Assembly (NCBI GenBank): GCA_943356775.1
Contig: CALRFU010000001.1
Span: 7,203 to 71,202, forward strand
DNA from: Candidatus Nomurabacteria bacterium
Lineage (GTDB): Bacteria; Patescibacteriota; Minisyncoccia; Phycocordibacterales; UBA2100
Length of the DNA: 64,000 nucleotides
Direction of reading: 5' to 3'
A program made the translations under genes and the position numbers. The notes under the pieces are model-generated. The model searched no databases. It saw nothing but the letters and a program-made list of their open reading frames with translations, and was not told the DNA's origin. Of this stretch, positions 31,723-42,158 are shown piece by piece. The first letter of the stretch is position 1, and each line of letters starts with the position of its first letter.

Positions 31723-31744
31723 TTTTTTACCATATACTCGCAAT

Positions 31745-32392
31745 ATGTACGCCGACAAGCTCAAACAACTATTCTCCCCTACCGAGAAGAAAATTTTTGC
31801 CAAACTCAACACCCCGCAAAAGATTCAAGATTATCTCGACACACTTCCGATAAATTACGAGCACAGCGGAGAGACCTACATGTCTCCGCGACGCATGATA
31901 CGGGCAAAGACCGCGCACTGTTTCGAGGCGGCTCTCTTTGCGGCTGCGGCATTTGCGTACCACGGCAAAAAGCCGTTGCTTATGGATTTGCGCACCGCTA
32001 TCCCCTACGAAGACCACGTGATTACCTTATTCCGTGTGAACGGATTGTGGGGAGCCATCAGCAAAACCAATCATGTAATATTGCGCTACCGCGATGCGGT
32101 ATATCGCTCGCCGCGCGAGCTCGCGATGTCGTACTTTCACGAATACGTCGAATCAGACGGCAAGAAATCATTGCGAGAATATTCGAGCCCGATTGACCTC
32201 GCCCGCTTTAAGCCCGAGCTCTGGGTGGCGGCGCAGGAAGACCTCTACTGGCTTGTCGAGGCGCTCGATACTGCGCGCCACTTCCCTATCGCACCCGACA
32301 AAAGTATGCAGACACTCCGGAAAGCATCAAAAATAGAGATGAAAGCTCTCGACCTCGAGGAGTGGCAATCTAAACAGACAAAAGGGCGCTAA
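31745..32392 (+). CDS. Conserved hypothetical protein, possible transglutaminase-like fold
   Basis: AHCFEAAL Cys, DHVI His, WGAISKTN. Confidence 0.6.
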   Translation: MYADKLKQLFSPTEKKIFAKLNTPQKIQDYLDTLPINYEHSGETYMSPRRMIRAKTAHCFEAALFAAAAFAYHGKKPLLMDLRTAIPYEDHVITLFRVNGLWGAISKTNHVILRYRDAVYRSPRELAMSYFHEYVESDGKKSLREYSSPIDLARFKPELWVAAQEDLYWLVEALDTARHFPIAPDKSMQTLRKASKIEMKALDLEEWQSKQTKGR

Positions 32393-33687
32393 GGCAGGTA
32401 GGGCAAAGGGTTGAGGAAGCCTGCGGGAGGGGTAATCGGAATGAGGGCTCGGGCACAATTGGATACCCGGCCTGTCGCCTCCTGGAAGGTAATAATCTTG
32501 GTCACAGAGGTCACATAGACGCTTATGTGGAGGTGCGGACCTGTGGCATAGCCCGTCGCGCCGACGTTGCCGATTATTTGCCCGGTGGCTACCGCCTGAC
32601 CCGTGCTTACGCTGATTACCGAAAGGTGCCCGTACATCGTGGAGAGACCATTGGCATGCTTTATCATTATCCATTTTCCTGCCGAGTAGCAGCCGCGATA
32701 GGCGTCTGTGTTTCCCGTCCCGATAACGATGCCGGACAGCGCGGCTTTGACGGGCGTACCCGTTGGTGCGCCGAGGTCGATGCCGTTGTGACCTTTTCCG
32801 TTGTATGCCCCGCTCCTTGCAAAATCTGATTGCCCGAAGGTCTGTGTGAGGCGGATTTTTTCGAGCGGCCACTGGAGGATGCCCTTCTTTGCCGAAAGAA
32901 TTTGAGAAGGGTCCACGGCCTGGAGGAACTGCGCTTTTAGATTATTCAGCTCCGCTTCGGAAGCGGCCTTTCCCGCTATCTTTTGTGCGAGTATCTTTTG
33001 GTATGTTGATTCCTGTGATTTGGTCTCGGCAAGGAATTCGCTTTGCGTCTTCTTGGTGGCACTTAGAGAGCCTTGCTCTGCGAGGAGCGTCTTTTGTTGG
33101 GTAATTAATTCAGTCCGTTTTCCCTCGGTCTTTGCTTTGACTTCCGCGAGCGATTGCTTTTCGGCGGACAGTTTACGCATCTGTTCGGCGACCGCTTCCC
33201 GCAAGGTCGCATGCGAATCGAGGTCGCGCCATGCGGCTGCGAGGTCGTCGGAGGCGAGTATTTGCACGGCGAGCGACGATGCGTCGGATTCGTTCATCGT
33301 GCGGAACGATTGGGCAAGGCCGGCTGCATCAATATCAATGGAATCCTGCTTCACCGCTATCCCCTGCGCGAGCTGTTGTATCTGTAATTGTGTTGAGCTG
33401 ACCTTTCTCTTAGATACCGCCACCGAAGCCGTTGTTTTTTTGAGTGACAGATTGATTTCAGAAAGTGTATTTTGAAGTGTTTTCTTTTGAGTCCCTACGG
33501 CATTCAACTGCTTTTCGTATTCGACGATTTCTTTATCCAGTTGGGAAATTTGAGCGTTCTGGGCGTCGATGAGCGCTTGCACTTCCGCCGGTGTGCTCTC
33601 TGCACCGGATATAAGCGGATAGACCGCCAATGTACAAAACATCGCGGTAGCCACCAGGGTGGCTATTTTTTTCGTCGCGGCGTTCAT
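32389..33687 (-). CDS. M23 peptidoglycan DD-endopeptidase with coiled coil (EnvC/CwlO-like)
   Basis: Signal peptide, long coiled coil, HNGID and GPHLH. Confidence 0.9.
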   Translation of the reverse strand: MNAATKKIATLVATAMFCTLAVYPLISGAESTPAEVQALIDAQNAQISQLDKEIVEYEKQLNAVGTQKKTLQNTLSEINLSLKKTTASVAVSKRKVSSTQLQIQQLAQGIAVKQDSIDIDAAGLAQSFRTMNESDASSLAVQILASDDLAAAWRDLDSHATLREAVAEQMRKLSAEKQSLAEVKAKTEGKRTELITQQKTLLAEQGSLSATKKTQSEFLAETKSQESTYQKILAQKIAGKAASEAELNNLKAQFLQAVDPSQILSAKKGILQWPLEKIRLTQTFGQSDFARSGAYNGKGHNGIDLGAPTGTPVKAALSGIVIGTGNTDAYRGCYSAGKWIMIKHANGLSTMYGHLSVISVSTGQAVATGQIIGNVGATGYATGPHLHISVYVTSVTKIITFQEATGRVSNCARALIPITPPAGFLNPLPYLP

Positions 33688-35033
33688 ATTTTTGAAATCG
33701 CCAGGAGAGCGGCATCTATACGCCGGAGAGTCGCCTCTTTGCCGATGAGGTGTGCGACTTCAAAGGGATCCGGGCTGCGCTCGAGCCCTGTCAGAGAGTA
33801 GCGTAGAGGCCACAAAACGGCCCCACGGCCTTCTGTACCCGCGTACTCCCACACAGCAGCCTTTATGCGTTCAGGGTCGTCGTAAGTGTCTAGGGGGGCA
33901 GCGGTAAGGAATTGCTTCACACTTTCAAGATGACGTATGGTATCGGCTGTACTTACCTTGCCTTGCGGGATACGTGAAGAGTCCAGGCGGGGCTCGGCGA
34001 AGAAAAAATCATACTCACCCGCTTGTGCGTGCTCCCGGAGTTCTTCCCACACGGCTATGCGTTCGCGGGTGAGTGGGGCGAGTGAAGTCGCTGCCGCCTC
34101 GTTCCACGCGATGTCCCGCGCCCCCAAAGATGCTTTGAGGATGGCGTTGGATTCCGCCGCGAAGTCAGGGAGGGGCAAAGCCTGCAGATAGTGACGGTTG
34201 TACCAATTGAGCTTTTCTACATCGAAGACCGCGCCGCTTTTGTGAATGTCGGCAAGCTCAAATTCCCCTATCATTTCTTCGAGCGAAAGAATCTCCTTTC
34301 CCGAGGGAGCCGTCCAGCCAAGCGTTGCAAGGTAATTCAGAAGTGCGGGAGCGAGGTAGCCTTTTTCGCGGTAGGAGCGCACGGCGACGTCGCCTTTCCG
34401 TTTGGAGAGCTTGGATCGGTCGGCCGCCAGGTGGAGCGGGTAATGCGCATAGACGGGGCGCGGGAGTCCGAGCGCTTCCTGGATAAGTATCTGTCGCGGA
34501 GTGTTTGATATATGGTCTTCGCCGCGGATGACATGCGTGATGCCCATATCGCCGTCGTCGACGACGACCGCAAGGTGGTAAAGCGGGTCGTTTTCGGCGC
34601 GCGCAATCGCAAAATCCCCGAGCTCCGTCGTATCAAAGGTGATGTCGCCGCGTATCGTGTCGGTAAAGGTAATCTTCGTCCCCGGATTTTTGAGACGGAT
34701 TATTTTTACCATCACACTCGCGTCTTTTTTGCTCTCCTCGTCGGATATGTAGGCCTTGCCTTCCGCGATGAGCTTGTGAATAGCCGCGCGGTATATTTCG
34801 GTGCGCTCCGACTGACGGTAAAATTCATCCCAGGAGAGTCCGAGCCAGGTCAGATTGTCGGTGATATCTTCCTCGAATTCTTTGGTGCTGCGCTCCTTAT
34901 CGGTGTCTTCGCTCCGGAAGATGATGACGCCGCCGTGCTTTCGTGCAAACAGGTAATTCAAAACCGCCATGCGGGCGGTGCCGACGTGGCAAAAGCCCGT
35001 CGGGCTTGGCGGGAATCGTACGCGAATATTCAT
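33684..35033 (-). CDS. gltX: Glutamate--tRNA ligase
   Basis: RFPPSPTG..HVG, IRGEDHISNT, KLSKR. Confidence 0.96.
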   Translation of the reverse strand: MNIRVRFPPSPTGFCHVGTARMAVLNYLFARKHGGVIIFRSEDTDKERSTKEFEEDITDNLTWLGLSWDEFYRQSERTEIYRAAIHKLIAEGKAYISDEESKKDASVMVKIIRLKNPGTKITFTDTIRGDITFDTTELGDFAIARAENDPLYHLAVVVDDGDMGITHVIRGEDHISNTPRQILIQEALGLPRPVYAHYPLHLAADRSKLSKRKGDVAVRSYREKGYLAPALLNYLATLGWTAPSGKEILSLEEMIGEFELADIHKSGAVFDVEKLNWYNRHYLQALPLPDFAAESNAILKASLGARDIAWNEAAATSLAPLTRERIAVWEELREHAQAGEYDFFFAEPRLDSSRIPQGKVSTADTIRHLESVKQFLTAAPLDTYDDPERIKAAVWEYAGTEGRGAVLWPLRYSLTGLERSPDPFEVAHLIGKEATLRRIDAALLAISKI

Positions 35034-36172
35034 ACGGGTTCGTGCGCAATCGCGGTCTCAAGGAGCGTCAAAGCGATTTTCCGTGCGGCATCGGGGCGTG
35101 CGAATGAACGTGCGGCTTCGGACATCTTTGTACGCAAAGCCTCGTCTCCTGCTATGCGTTGAATCTCTGCGACGAGGAGGTGCGGCGAAAGGTTGCGCTG
35201 CTCGATGACGACGGCTGCGCCCGACCGGGCGTATGAGAAGGCGTTTTCTGTCTGGTCGTGAGAGACGTCTTCCGGTATCGGCACGAGTATGGAAGGCAGT
35301 CCCCAATTGGCTATTTCAAAAATGGTGCCCGAACCGGCACGGGCGACGAGCAGAGTTGTGATGCCTGCGGTCATACGCAAGGCGAGTGTATTAAGAAGGC
35401 CGAAGACTTTGTATCGCTCGGCGAAGCGAGAATCCTTGAGAATCACAGAGGCGATACCGGCCGTCTCGGTAAGATTGGCGGTGCCTACCTGGTGTACGAC
35501 ATTGAATTCGGAGAGGAGTGCGGGAAGAGCGTCGAGTATGACCTGATTGATGGACACCGCGCCTTGTGAACCGCCCATGATAAAGACGGTCGGGACAGAG
35601 GCATCGAGTTTCAGGAATTCGTGCCCGCCTTCTTTTGCGGGCTGAATTATTTCTTTGCGTACCGGGTGGCCGACCGCGGCGATTCTGTCGCGGACCTTTG
35701 CGGGAAATTTCGCAGCGGCGGTCGAGTGTGCGACGGCTATCCACTGTGCGAATTTCGACGACCACAGAGACACGCGTCCCGGGGAGGCGTCGGCATCGTA
35801 AATGATGACGGGTATGCTCAAAATCCGCGCGGCAAAGAGTGTCGGGAATGCGGCGTATCCGCCGGTAGAGAAAACCACATCGGGATACAAGCGGAAGAGC
35901 TGCGTTGTGGAGCGTACGATGCCCACGGCATTGCTGAATACACTCAACACATTGAGGATACTGCGGTACCGGCGGACCTTTCCTGCGGTACCGGGCAGGT
36001 ACGTGATGTCGTGCTCGAGCAGGGCTTCGGCATCGAAGGCTGGCGGGCCGATGTAAAAGAGTTCGGGCTCGATGAGCGTGCGTTCAAGGCACACATCCTC
36101 TATGGCTTCCGCGACCGCGATGAGCGGATAAAAGTGTCCGCCCGTTCCTCCCCCGACTAACACAATACGCAT
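35030..36172 (-). CDS. murG: Lipid II GlcNAc transferase MurG
   Basis: GGGTGGH, GGSQG, DQTENA. Confidence 0.95.
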   Translation of the reverse strand: MRIVLVGGGTGGHFYPLIAVAEAIEDVCLERTLIEPELFYIGPPAFDAEALLEHDITYLPGTAGKVRRYRSILNVLSVFSNAVGIVRSTTQLFRLYPDVVFSTGGYAAFPTLFAARILSIPVIIYDADASPGRVSLWSSKFAQWIAVAHSTAAAKFPAKVRDRIAAVGHPVRKEIIQPAKEGGHEFLKLDASVPTVFIMGGSQGAVSINQVILDALPALLSEFNVVHQVGTANLTETAGIASVILKDSRFAERYKVFGLLNTLALRMTAGITTLLVARAGSGTIFEIANWGLPSILVPIPEDVSHDQTENAFSYARSGAAVVIEQRNLSPHLLVAEIQRIAGDEALRTKMSEAARSFARPDAARKIALTLLETAIAHEPV

Positions 36173-36211
36173 CGCTCTATTCTATCGTTCTCTCACACAA
36201 TCACAAACGGG

Positions 36212-37306
36212 CTATGTGCGACGGGACTTTGAAATGTTGAGCAAAATTCCCGCGCTTGCGAGCGATATAAGCATCGCGCTCCCCCCCTGGCTGACAAATG
36301 TAAGTGGTACTCCCGTGAGAGGTGCCAAGCCCATTGCAGCCGCGATGTTAATGAAGGCCTCCCCCGCTAGGTAGGTCGAAATGCCCACAGCGAGTAACCC
36401 CCCAAACATATCGGTCGTACGGGCCGCGACGACGTATCCCCGCAGCGCAAGACTCAAAAATAAAAGGACAATGACTGTCGAGCCGATGAACCCGAGTTCT
36501 TCTCCCGCTACCGCGAATATAGAATCTCCCATCGGTTCCGGGAGGTACGTGAACTTCTGCACGCTTTGTCCGTAGCCGCGTCCGAAGAATTGTCCCGAAC
36601 CTATCGCCATGAGTGACTGAGATATCTGATACCCTTCGGCAAGTTGATTTTCGGCGGGATAAAAGAAGGTCACGATGCGCTCTTTTACGTGCGGCTTGGT
36701 ATACGCGAGCGCGCCGAGAGAGAGAAGCGCGATGCAGATAATGATGGCAATGTCGCGGGCCCGCGCGCCCGCTGCGAAGAAAACGCCGAGTACGCTCATA
36801 CAAATGATACCGAGGGTGCCGATATCAGGTTGTATGACGAGGAGAATAATAGGTGCCGCGAGTATCGCGACGAGGCCGCCCACACCCCAGGTGAAAGTCT
36901 CGGATTTTGCACGAATGGTCGAGTAATATGCAGCTGCAATCATGATAGCGGCGATCTTGAGGAATTCAGACGGTTGGAAGGAAACCCCGAAGATGACTAT
37001 CCACCTTTGTCCCCCGCCGTGGGCGAATCCCAGATTCGGCACAAAGACGAGAAGCATTCCCACAATCGCTAATCCGAAAATATACGGCGCGAATTTCCGC
37101 CAATGCCGGTAATTACTATTGAGAGTAATGAGGAGGAGAACAACCCCGCCGCCGACACCCAATACCAAGTGACTGAAAGCTACAGAGGTGATACCGGAAA
37201 ACCCGCGGCCAAGGATGCCGAACGCGGCCGAGACGAATATCATGCAGCCTCCTAAAACAAGCGATGCGATGAGAAAAGCGAGCGGTTTGTCGATGTGCTG
37301 TTTCAT
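36212..37306 (-). CDS. ftsW: SEDS peptidoglycan polymerase FtsW
   Basis: QPSEFLK, QPDIGT, TGVPLTFVSQGGS; lies between mraY and murG. Confidence 0.92.
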   Translation of the reverse strand: MKQHIDKPLAFLIASLVLGGCMIFVSAAFGILGRGFSGITSVAFSHLVLGVGGGVVLLLITLNSNYRHWRKFAPYIFGLAIVGMLLVFVPNLGFAHGGGQRWIVIFGVSFQPSEFLKIAAIMIAAAYYSTIRAKSETFTWGVGGLVAILAAPIILLVIQPDIGTLGIICMSVLGVFFAAGARARDIAIIICIALLSLGALAYTKPHVKERIVTFFYPAENQLAEGYQISQSLMAIGSGQFFGRGYGQSVQKFTYLPEPMGDSIFAVAGEELGFIGSTVIVLLFLSLALRGYVVAARTTDMFGGLLAVGISTYLAGEAFINIAAAMGLAPLTGVPLTFVSQGGSAMLISLASAGILLNISKSRRT

Positions 37307-38367
37307 CGTACGGGCAATGCGGAGAGCGCAAAGATGACTCCTGCGAACGCAAGGACTATGGAGAGCACCCAGTACCGCATGACCACCTTCTGTCCCGGCC
37401 AGCCGATTGCCTCAAAGTGGTGGTGCAAGGGCGCGATGCGTAAAAGCTTGCGACCGAAGAATTTCTTTGAAATGACCTGCGCCACGTCGGAGAGAACGGT
37501 GATAACGAGGAGTCCTCCGATGAGGGGCAATACCGATATGCCCACTCCTCCTCCGAGATGGTCTGTCATGAATGCGACGGTTCCGATGGTCAGTGTCAGC
37601 CCCATGGTACCGGTGTCGCTCATGTAAAACCGTGCGGGAGGAATATTGAACCACAAGAATGCGAGCAGTCCTCCCACGACACAGGCGGTAAATGCCGCGA
37701 GATCTATCTGATTTTGCGAGAACGCAATGATGGTATACGAGGCGAATATCGAACCGAATACTCCGCCCGAGAGGCCGTCGATGCCGTCGATGACACCCGA
37801 AGCGTAGAGCGCGAGTGACACAAGGACAAAGAGCGGAATAATGAGCCATCCGATTTCCAGCGGACCCGAATGCGGAATGTTGACTGCCGTTATCGCAAGC
37901 TTCTCCCAAAACCACCATCCGATGAAAGAGGACAGGACGATGACAATCGTAATACGGTGACGCAGACGCAAGCCCTCTCCGTTTTCGCGGATTACCATAA
38001 GGTCGTCAATCAGTCCGACGAAAGCTCCGGCGAGCAGTGTCGCAAAAGGAAGCCATGTCTGGTTGCGGCTCAAAAAATTAATGCTTTCAAATACGGGGAA
38101 GAGCTGCGCGAGTCCCGCAAGGCCGAAGATGGTGAGGAGGACGCTTCCCCATATGACGATTCCTCCCATGCGCGGGGCGCGTACTTCATTCAGGTTGTGA
38201 AGCCGGTTAAATTCATGTGCGGTCTCTCCGTCGTAGGCGATTTTGCCCGGCCGCTTTTTCCAGGCTTTGAACTTGTACAGGTAGTGTGTGACGAGCGGAG
38301 TGATTGCCATCCCCACGAGGAATGCGATGGCTGCGGGAAGGAGTATGTGAACGAGAGGCGGGAGCAT
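37303..38367 (-). CDS. mraY: Phospho-N-acetylmuramoyl-pentapeptide transferase
   Basis: PRMGG, DGIDGL, APLHHHFE. Confidence 0.95.
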   Translation of the reverse strand: MLPPLVHILLPAAIAFLVGMAITPLVTHYLYKFKAWKKRPGKIAYDGETAHEFNRLHNLNEVRAPRMGGIVIWGSVLLTIFGLAGLAQLFPVFESINFLSRNQTWLPFATLLAGAFVGLIDDLMVIRENGEGLRLRHRITIVIVLSSFIGWWFWEKLAITAVNIPHSGPLEIGWLIIPLFVLVSLALYASGVIDGIDGLSGGVFGSIFASYTIIAFSQNQIDLAAFTACVVGGLLAFLWFNIPPARFYMSDTGTMGLTLTIGTVAFMTDHLGGGVGISVLPLIGGLLVITVLSDVAQVISKKFFGRKLLRIAPLHHHFEAIGWPGQKVVMRYWVLSIVLAFAGVIFALSALPVR

Positions 38368-38402
38368 ACGATGATTGTACTACGTTGATTTTCCGCCTGT
38401 AT

Positions 38403-39479
38403 CTATTGCCCCGCAGAGATGGCGGCTACTGTGGCGGCCACGATTTTTTTCATGTCTTCAAAACGACCGTCTTTGGTGGAGCGCAATATTACGGCGACGA
38501 TGGGACGCGCGGGCCCCACTTCAAAGACGATGGCGAGGTTGCCTCCCGCGAGCGCCGTGTAGCCGGTTTTTCCCATGATGAGTCCCGGTATCGCGGGCAA
38601 TGCTTCGTCGGTATTCGTCGCGGTCACGGTCTCGCCGGTTGCCGCCCGTATTTTGATGGTATTCCGGGAAGTCTGTCCGAAGGTAGCGGGAGCGGTCTGC
38701 GAAGCGTATGCGAAGAGAGCCGCCACATCATGAGCAGAACCGAAGGCGCCTGCCCGAGTGTCGCTCTGGTCGAGGCCGTGCGTATTGAGGAATACCATGT
38801 CGCTGAGTCCCAGGTTTTTTGCAATATCATTCATACGCCACAAAACGGCGCTCCCCGGCGTTGCGAGTGGGTACTTAATCCGGAGAGCATCTTCGGCCGC
38901 TTCCGCGAGGATGGCAGCTCCTTCGTTTGAAGAAGCGGCAAGGGTGAAGCCGATGAGGTCTTGTGCCGTGAAGCGCAGCCCCGCCGGAAGACGGATTCCG
39001 GCACCGTCGGGCGGTGTATGCGGCGGTATCGTTATGTCCGCACCGGAATCCAGTCCTTCAGAGGCGGCGAGTACGAGCGGCACCTTGGTGAGTGAGGCGA
39101 GGGGTAATTGCGCGCTGGCATTTTTGGAATATAAAACGCGGTTTGTCGTCAGGTCGAGTACGTACGCGCCTTCCGCCAGGAGCGATATCGAATCAAAAAA
39201 GTTTTCGGCCGTTGCAGCGGCGGCTTTCTGAGAGGCCGCGGAGGCTATTTTGCCTCCCGGAGACAGGTATGCGACGGTGAAGGATGCGCTCGCAAAGAAT
39301 AAGAGGGTAAGAGTCGCCACACCGGAAAGGTATTGCAGTGAACTGCGATACCCCTCCGCGTGCTCGGGCAGAAGCAGGAGCGGTGGTGCGGGCTGCGGTT
39401 CCACCGGAACGGCGAGCAGGGGCTCTGATGCATTCGGCGTGTAGGATATTTCGCTTTGTGCAAGAGGTTCACCTGTCAT
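38403..39479 (-). CDS. D-alanyl-D-alanine carboxypeptidase (S11)
   Basis: ASLTK (SxxK), SSN, KTG. Confidence 0.9.
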   Translation of the reverse strand: MTGEPLAQSEISYTPNASEPLLAVPVEPQPAPPLLLLPEHAEGYRSSLQYLSGVATLTLLFFASASFTVAYLSPGGKIASAASQKAAAATAENFFDSISLLAEGAYVLDLTTNRVLYSKNASAQLPLASLTKVPLVLAASEGLDSGADITIPPHTPPDGAGIRLPAGLRFTAQDLIGFTLAASSNEGAAILAEAAEDALRIKYPLATPGSAVLWRMNDIAKNLGLSDMVFLNTHGLDQSDTRAGAFGSAHDVAALFAYASQTAPATFGQTSRNTIKIRAATGETVTATNTDEALPAIPGLIMGKTGYTALAGGNLAIVFEVGPARPIVAVILRSTKDGRFEDMKKIVAATVAAISAGQ

Positions 39480-40033
39480 ACGTGCGTATCGGAAGGAGTT
39501 TCTGTGGGCTGCGCTTCGAAGGCAGTAAGTTCGGCGACGATTTCGGTATGATTCGGGAGCTCTGTTCTGTCGCGTACACCGAGGTGCGAGAGCAGCTCAA
39601 CGGTCGGCCGGTACAAATATTCGCGCCCGTCCTCCGGATTGCCGGTGCGCTCCAGAAGTCCGCGTGCGAGGAGGTTGCGGATGCTTGAGCTGGTGTTTAC
39701 TCCGCGGATGTAATCAATCTGCGCGCGCGTCGAGGGCCCTCGGTAGAGGACGATGGCGAGTACTTCAAGACCCGCATCCCCTATCTCGTGCCCCAGTTCG
39801 CGCTCGTACGCTTTTTGGATAGCGGGAGAGGTTTCTTTTGCGACCGCGAGTGAGACTTCGGCATCTGTCTTGATGAGTGCGAGTCCTGTGCCCTCCAGCC
39901 GTGCGGAGAGTGAGGTGAGCGCTTCCTGCAGTTGCGGCTCCTGTACCTCCAAGAGTTGTGCGAGTTTACGGAGTGTTAATGTCCCTCCCTCGCTAAAGAG
40001 AAATGATTCTGCGCGTGCTGATAGGGTATCCAT
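39476..40033 (-). CDS. scpB: SMC-Scp complex subunit ScpB
   Basis: LEVLAIVLYRGP.TRAQIDYIRGVN. Confidence 0.95.
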   Translation of the reverse strand: MDTLSARAESFLFSEGGTLTLRKLAQLLEVQEPQLQEALTSLSARLEGTGLALIKTDAEVSLAVAKETSPAIQKAYERELGHEIGDAGLEVLAIVLYRGPSTRAQIDYIRGVNTSSSIRNLLARGLLERTGNPEDGREYLYRPTVELLSHLGVRDRTELPNHTEIVAELTAFEAQPTETPSDTHV

Positions 40034-40035
40034 AT

Positions 40036-40764
40036 TTATGTTCCGTAGCGCGGAGCGGCTACGTTTTCCAATTCAATAGTGATATCTTCAAAAAGGCGTT
40101 CCTGGGTGACGCTCGCACTTCCCGAGCGCACGAGCTCGAGCATCGCGAGAAAGTAGACGATTGTCTCGCTTCGGTCACGCGATTTTGTGAGCTCACGGAA
40201 GCTTGCGCGGATTGCGGTCAAGAGGCGGGCACGGACGCTCTGCATCACATCTTCAAGCGCCAGTACGGGGGCTACTGCCGCTTGAGCTATTGCTTCAGGC
40301 TTTGGCAAGATGCTGACGAGGCGCGCCGCGGCAGCCGCAATCGTCGCGAGCGCGGAGTTGGCGGGGCTGAATATAGGTGCGCGCAACGGAGTCCGGTGAG
40401 CAAGCAGGAGCGGGCTCTTGCCCCACGAACCGCGGAGGAGTTTGGCGACTTTACGTATCAAGGCATACCGCGCGAGACGCTGCTCGAGCTCCTGCACGCT
40501 TTCGCGTTCGTCTGTCGAAAGTTCGAGCGTGGGGAGGAGCGCGCGGGATTTAATAAGCAAAAGGGTGGAGGCGACGAGAATAAATTGTGCCGTTTCTCCG
40601 AGCGGGAGCTCTGGCAACTTTTCGACATAGGCGAGGTATGCATCCGTGACTTCGGCGAGAGAGATGTCGGAAATCGACATTTTCCTCTCTTCAATCAGGT
40701 TGAGGAGCGTTTCCAGTGGTCCTTCAAACGCTTCAGTGCTCAACGCGAACCTTTCATTGTCCAT
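40036..40764 (-). CDS. scpA: Segregation and condensation protein A (kleisin)
   Basis: FEGPLETLLNLIE, LIKSRALLP, FLAMLELV. Confidence 0.95.
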   Translation of the reverse strand: MDNERFALSTEAFEGPLETLLNLIEERKMSISDISLAEVTDAYLAYVEKLPELPLGETAQFILVASTLLLIKSRALLPTLELSTDERESVQELEQRLARYALIRKVAKLLRGSWGKSPLLLAHRTPLRAPIFSPANSALATIAAAAARLVSILPKPEAIAQAAVAPVLALEDVMQSVRARLLTAIRASFRELTKSRDRSETIVYFLAMLELVRSGSASVTQERLFEDITIELENVAAPRYGT

Positions 40765-42157
40765 GTTTCTTTTCAGGATTTATCCGGATACCGAGTTCGG
40801 CGAGCTGCTCCGCTGTAAGCTCTTTCGGAGCTTTCATGACGGCGGTCTGTCCGCCGCGCGTCATCGGAAACGCCTGGACTTCGCGCAGCTGCGATTCGCC
40901 CGTGAGATTCATGACGAGGCGCTCTACTCCAAGTGCAATACCCCCGTGCGGCGGTACGCCGAATCCGAAGGCGGTGAGCATGTGTCCGATGCGTCCCTGT
41001 ATTTCCTCTTCGCTGTAGCCCATGACTTCATATGCGGCCTTCAGAATCTCAGGTTTGTGCGCGCGGATGCTGCCTCCTCCGGCTTCGTATCCGTTGCAGA
41101 CCAAGTCGTACTGCGTGGTTAGAATCTCGCCGACGTCTTTCTTCGCGAGGAGTTGTTCTACGTGTTCAGGTACCGGCATTGAAAACGGATTGTGAGTGAA
41201 AGTCCATGCGCCATCGGAGGTCTTCTCGAAGAACGGGAATTTGTGCACCCATGCGTATGCCATGACGCCGTTCTCCTTGTCCTCCGGTGTACGCAAATCG
41301 AATTTGTCCGCGCCAAATTTTTCCGTTGCTTCCGCGTACGTGAAGCGTGGAAATGGTTTTTCTTTTATGGTGAAGCCCATTCCCTCGACGGTAGTCGTAA
41401 TCATCTCTTCGACAGTGCGCATGACGTCTTCTTGTGTCACGAAAGACATCTCGATATCTATCTGTGTGTGTTCAAATCCGCGGTCTGCACGAAGATCTTC
41501 ATCACGCACTGCACGCGCTATCTGGAAATAGCGTTCGAAGCCACCGACCATGAGGAGTTGTTTGTATTGCTGGGGTGATTGCGGGAGTGCATAAAACTTG
41601 CCGGGGTTGAGACGCGAGGGTACGACGAAATCGCGTGAACCCTCGGGAGTCGATTCTGTGAGAAGAGGCGTCTCTATCTCGGTGAAGAGTTTTCCGAAAA
41701 GATATTCTCTGCAGCGTCGTACGAGTTCGCTGCGAAGTCTGATGTTGCGTTGCATACGTTCGCTGCGCAGGTCCAGATAGCGGTGTGCAAGACGGGTCTC
41801 TTCTCCGATGCCCGCGGTATCCTCGTTGACTTCAAACGGTAAGACAGCAGCGGGACTCAAGACCTCTATTGATTCTATGAGCAGTTCAATGCCGCCATTT
41901 ATCTTGTCTGCTTGTGCGTTCTTACTCGGCCGCTCCTGGACGGTCGCAGTGACGGCAACGACGGATTCCCGGGATGTATTCTTCGCTGTTTCCATTGCCG
42001 CACCTCCGGGAATCACAAGACCTTGCACCATGCCCGTCATGTCTCTAAAATCAAAAAAGACCATCTTGCCCTGGTCGCGGCGTACCGATACCCAACCCTT
42101 GATGAGCACCGACTCCCCTTTGTGCTCCTGCAAGTCTTTGATGAATGTTCTTTCCAT
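40754..42157 (-). CDS. aspS: Aspartate--tRNA ligase (short, no GAD domain)
   Basis: OB fold, RYLDLR, TPEGSRDF, LPQSPQQYKQ, PPHGGIALG. Confidence 0.93.
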   Translation of the reverse strand: MERTFIKDLQEHKGESVLIKGWVSVRRDQGKMVFFDFRDMTGMVQGLVIPGGAAMETAKNTSRESVVAVTATVQERPSKNAQADKINGGIELLIESIEVLSPAAVLPFEVNEDTAGIGEETRLAHRYLDLRSERMQRNIRLRSELVRRCREYLFGKLFTEIETPLLTESTPEGSRDFVVPSRLNPGKFYALPQSPQQYKQLLMVGGFERYFQIARAVRDEDLRADRGFEHTQIDIEMSFVTQEDVMRTVEEMITTTVEGMGFTIKEKPFPRFTYAEATEKFGADKFDLRTPEDKENGVMAYAWVHKFPFFEKTSDGAWTFTHNPFSMPVPEHVEQLLAKKDVGEILTTQYDLVCNGYEAGGGSIRAHKPEILKAAYEVMGYSEEEIQGRIGHMLTAFGFGVPPHGGIALGVERLVMNLTGESQLREVQAFPMTRGGQTAVMKAPKELTAEQLAELGIRINPEKKHGQ

Positions 42158-42158
42158 A

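Noticed and set aside
32952-32966. Hairpin CCGCTT-CGG-AAGCGG in the M23 peptidase gene as another REP insertion
   Set aside because: Short, single copy, and encodes ordinary coiled-coil residues (AASEA)
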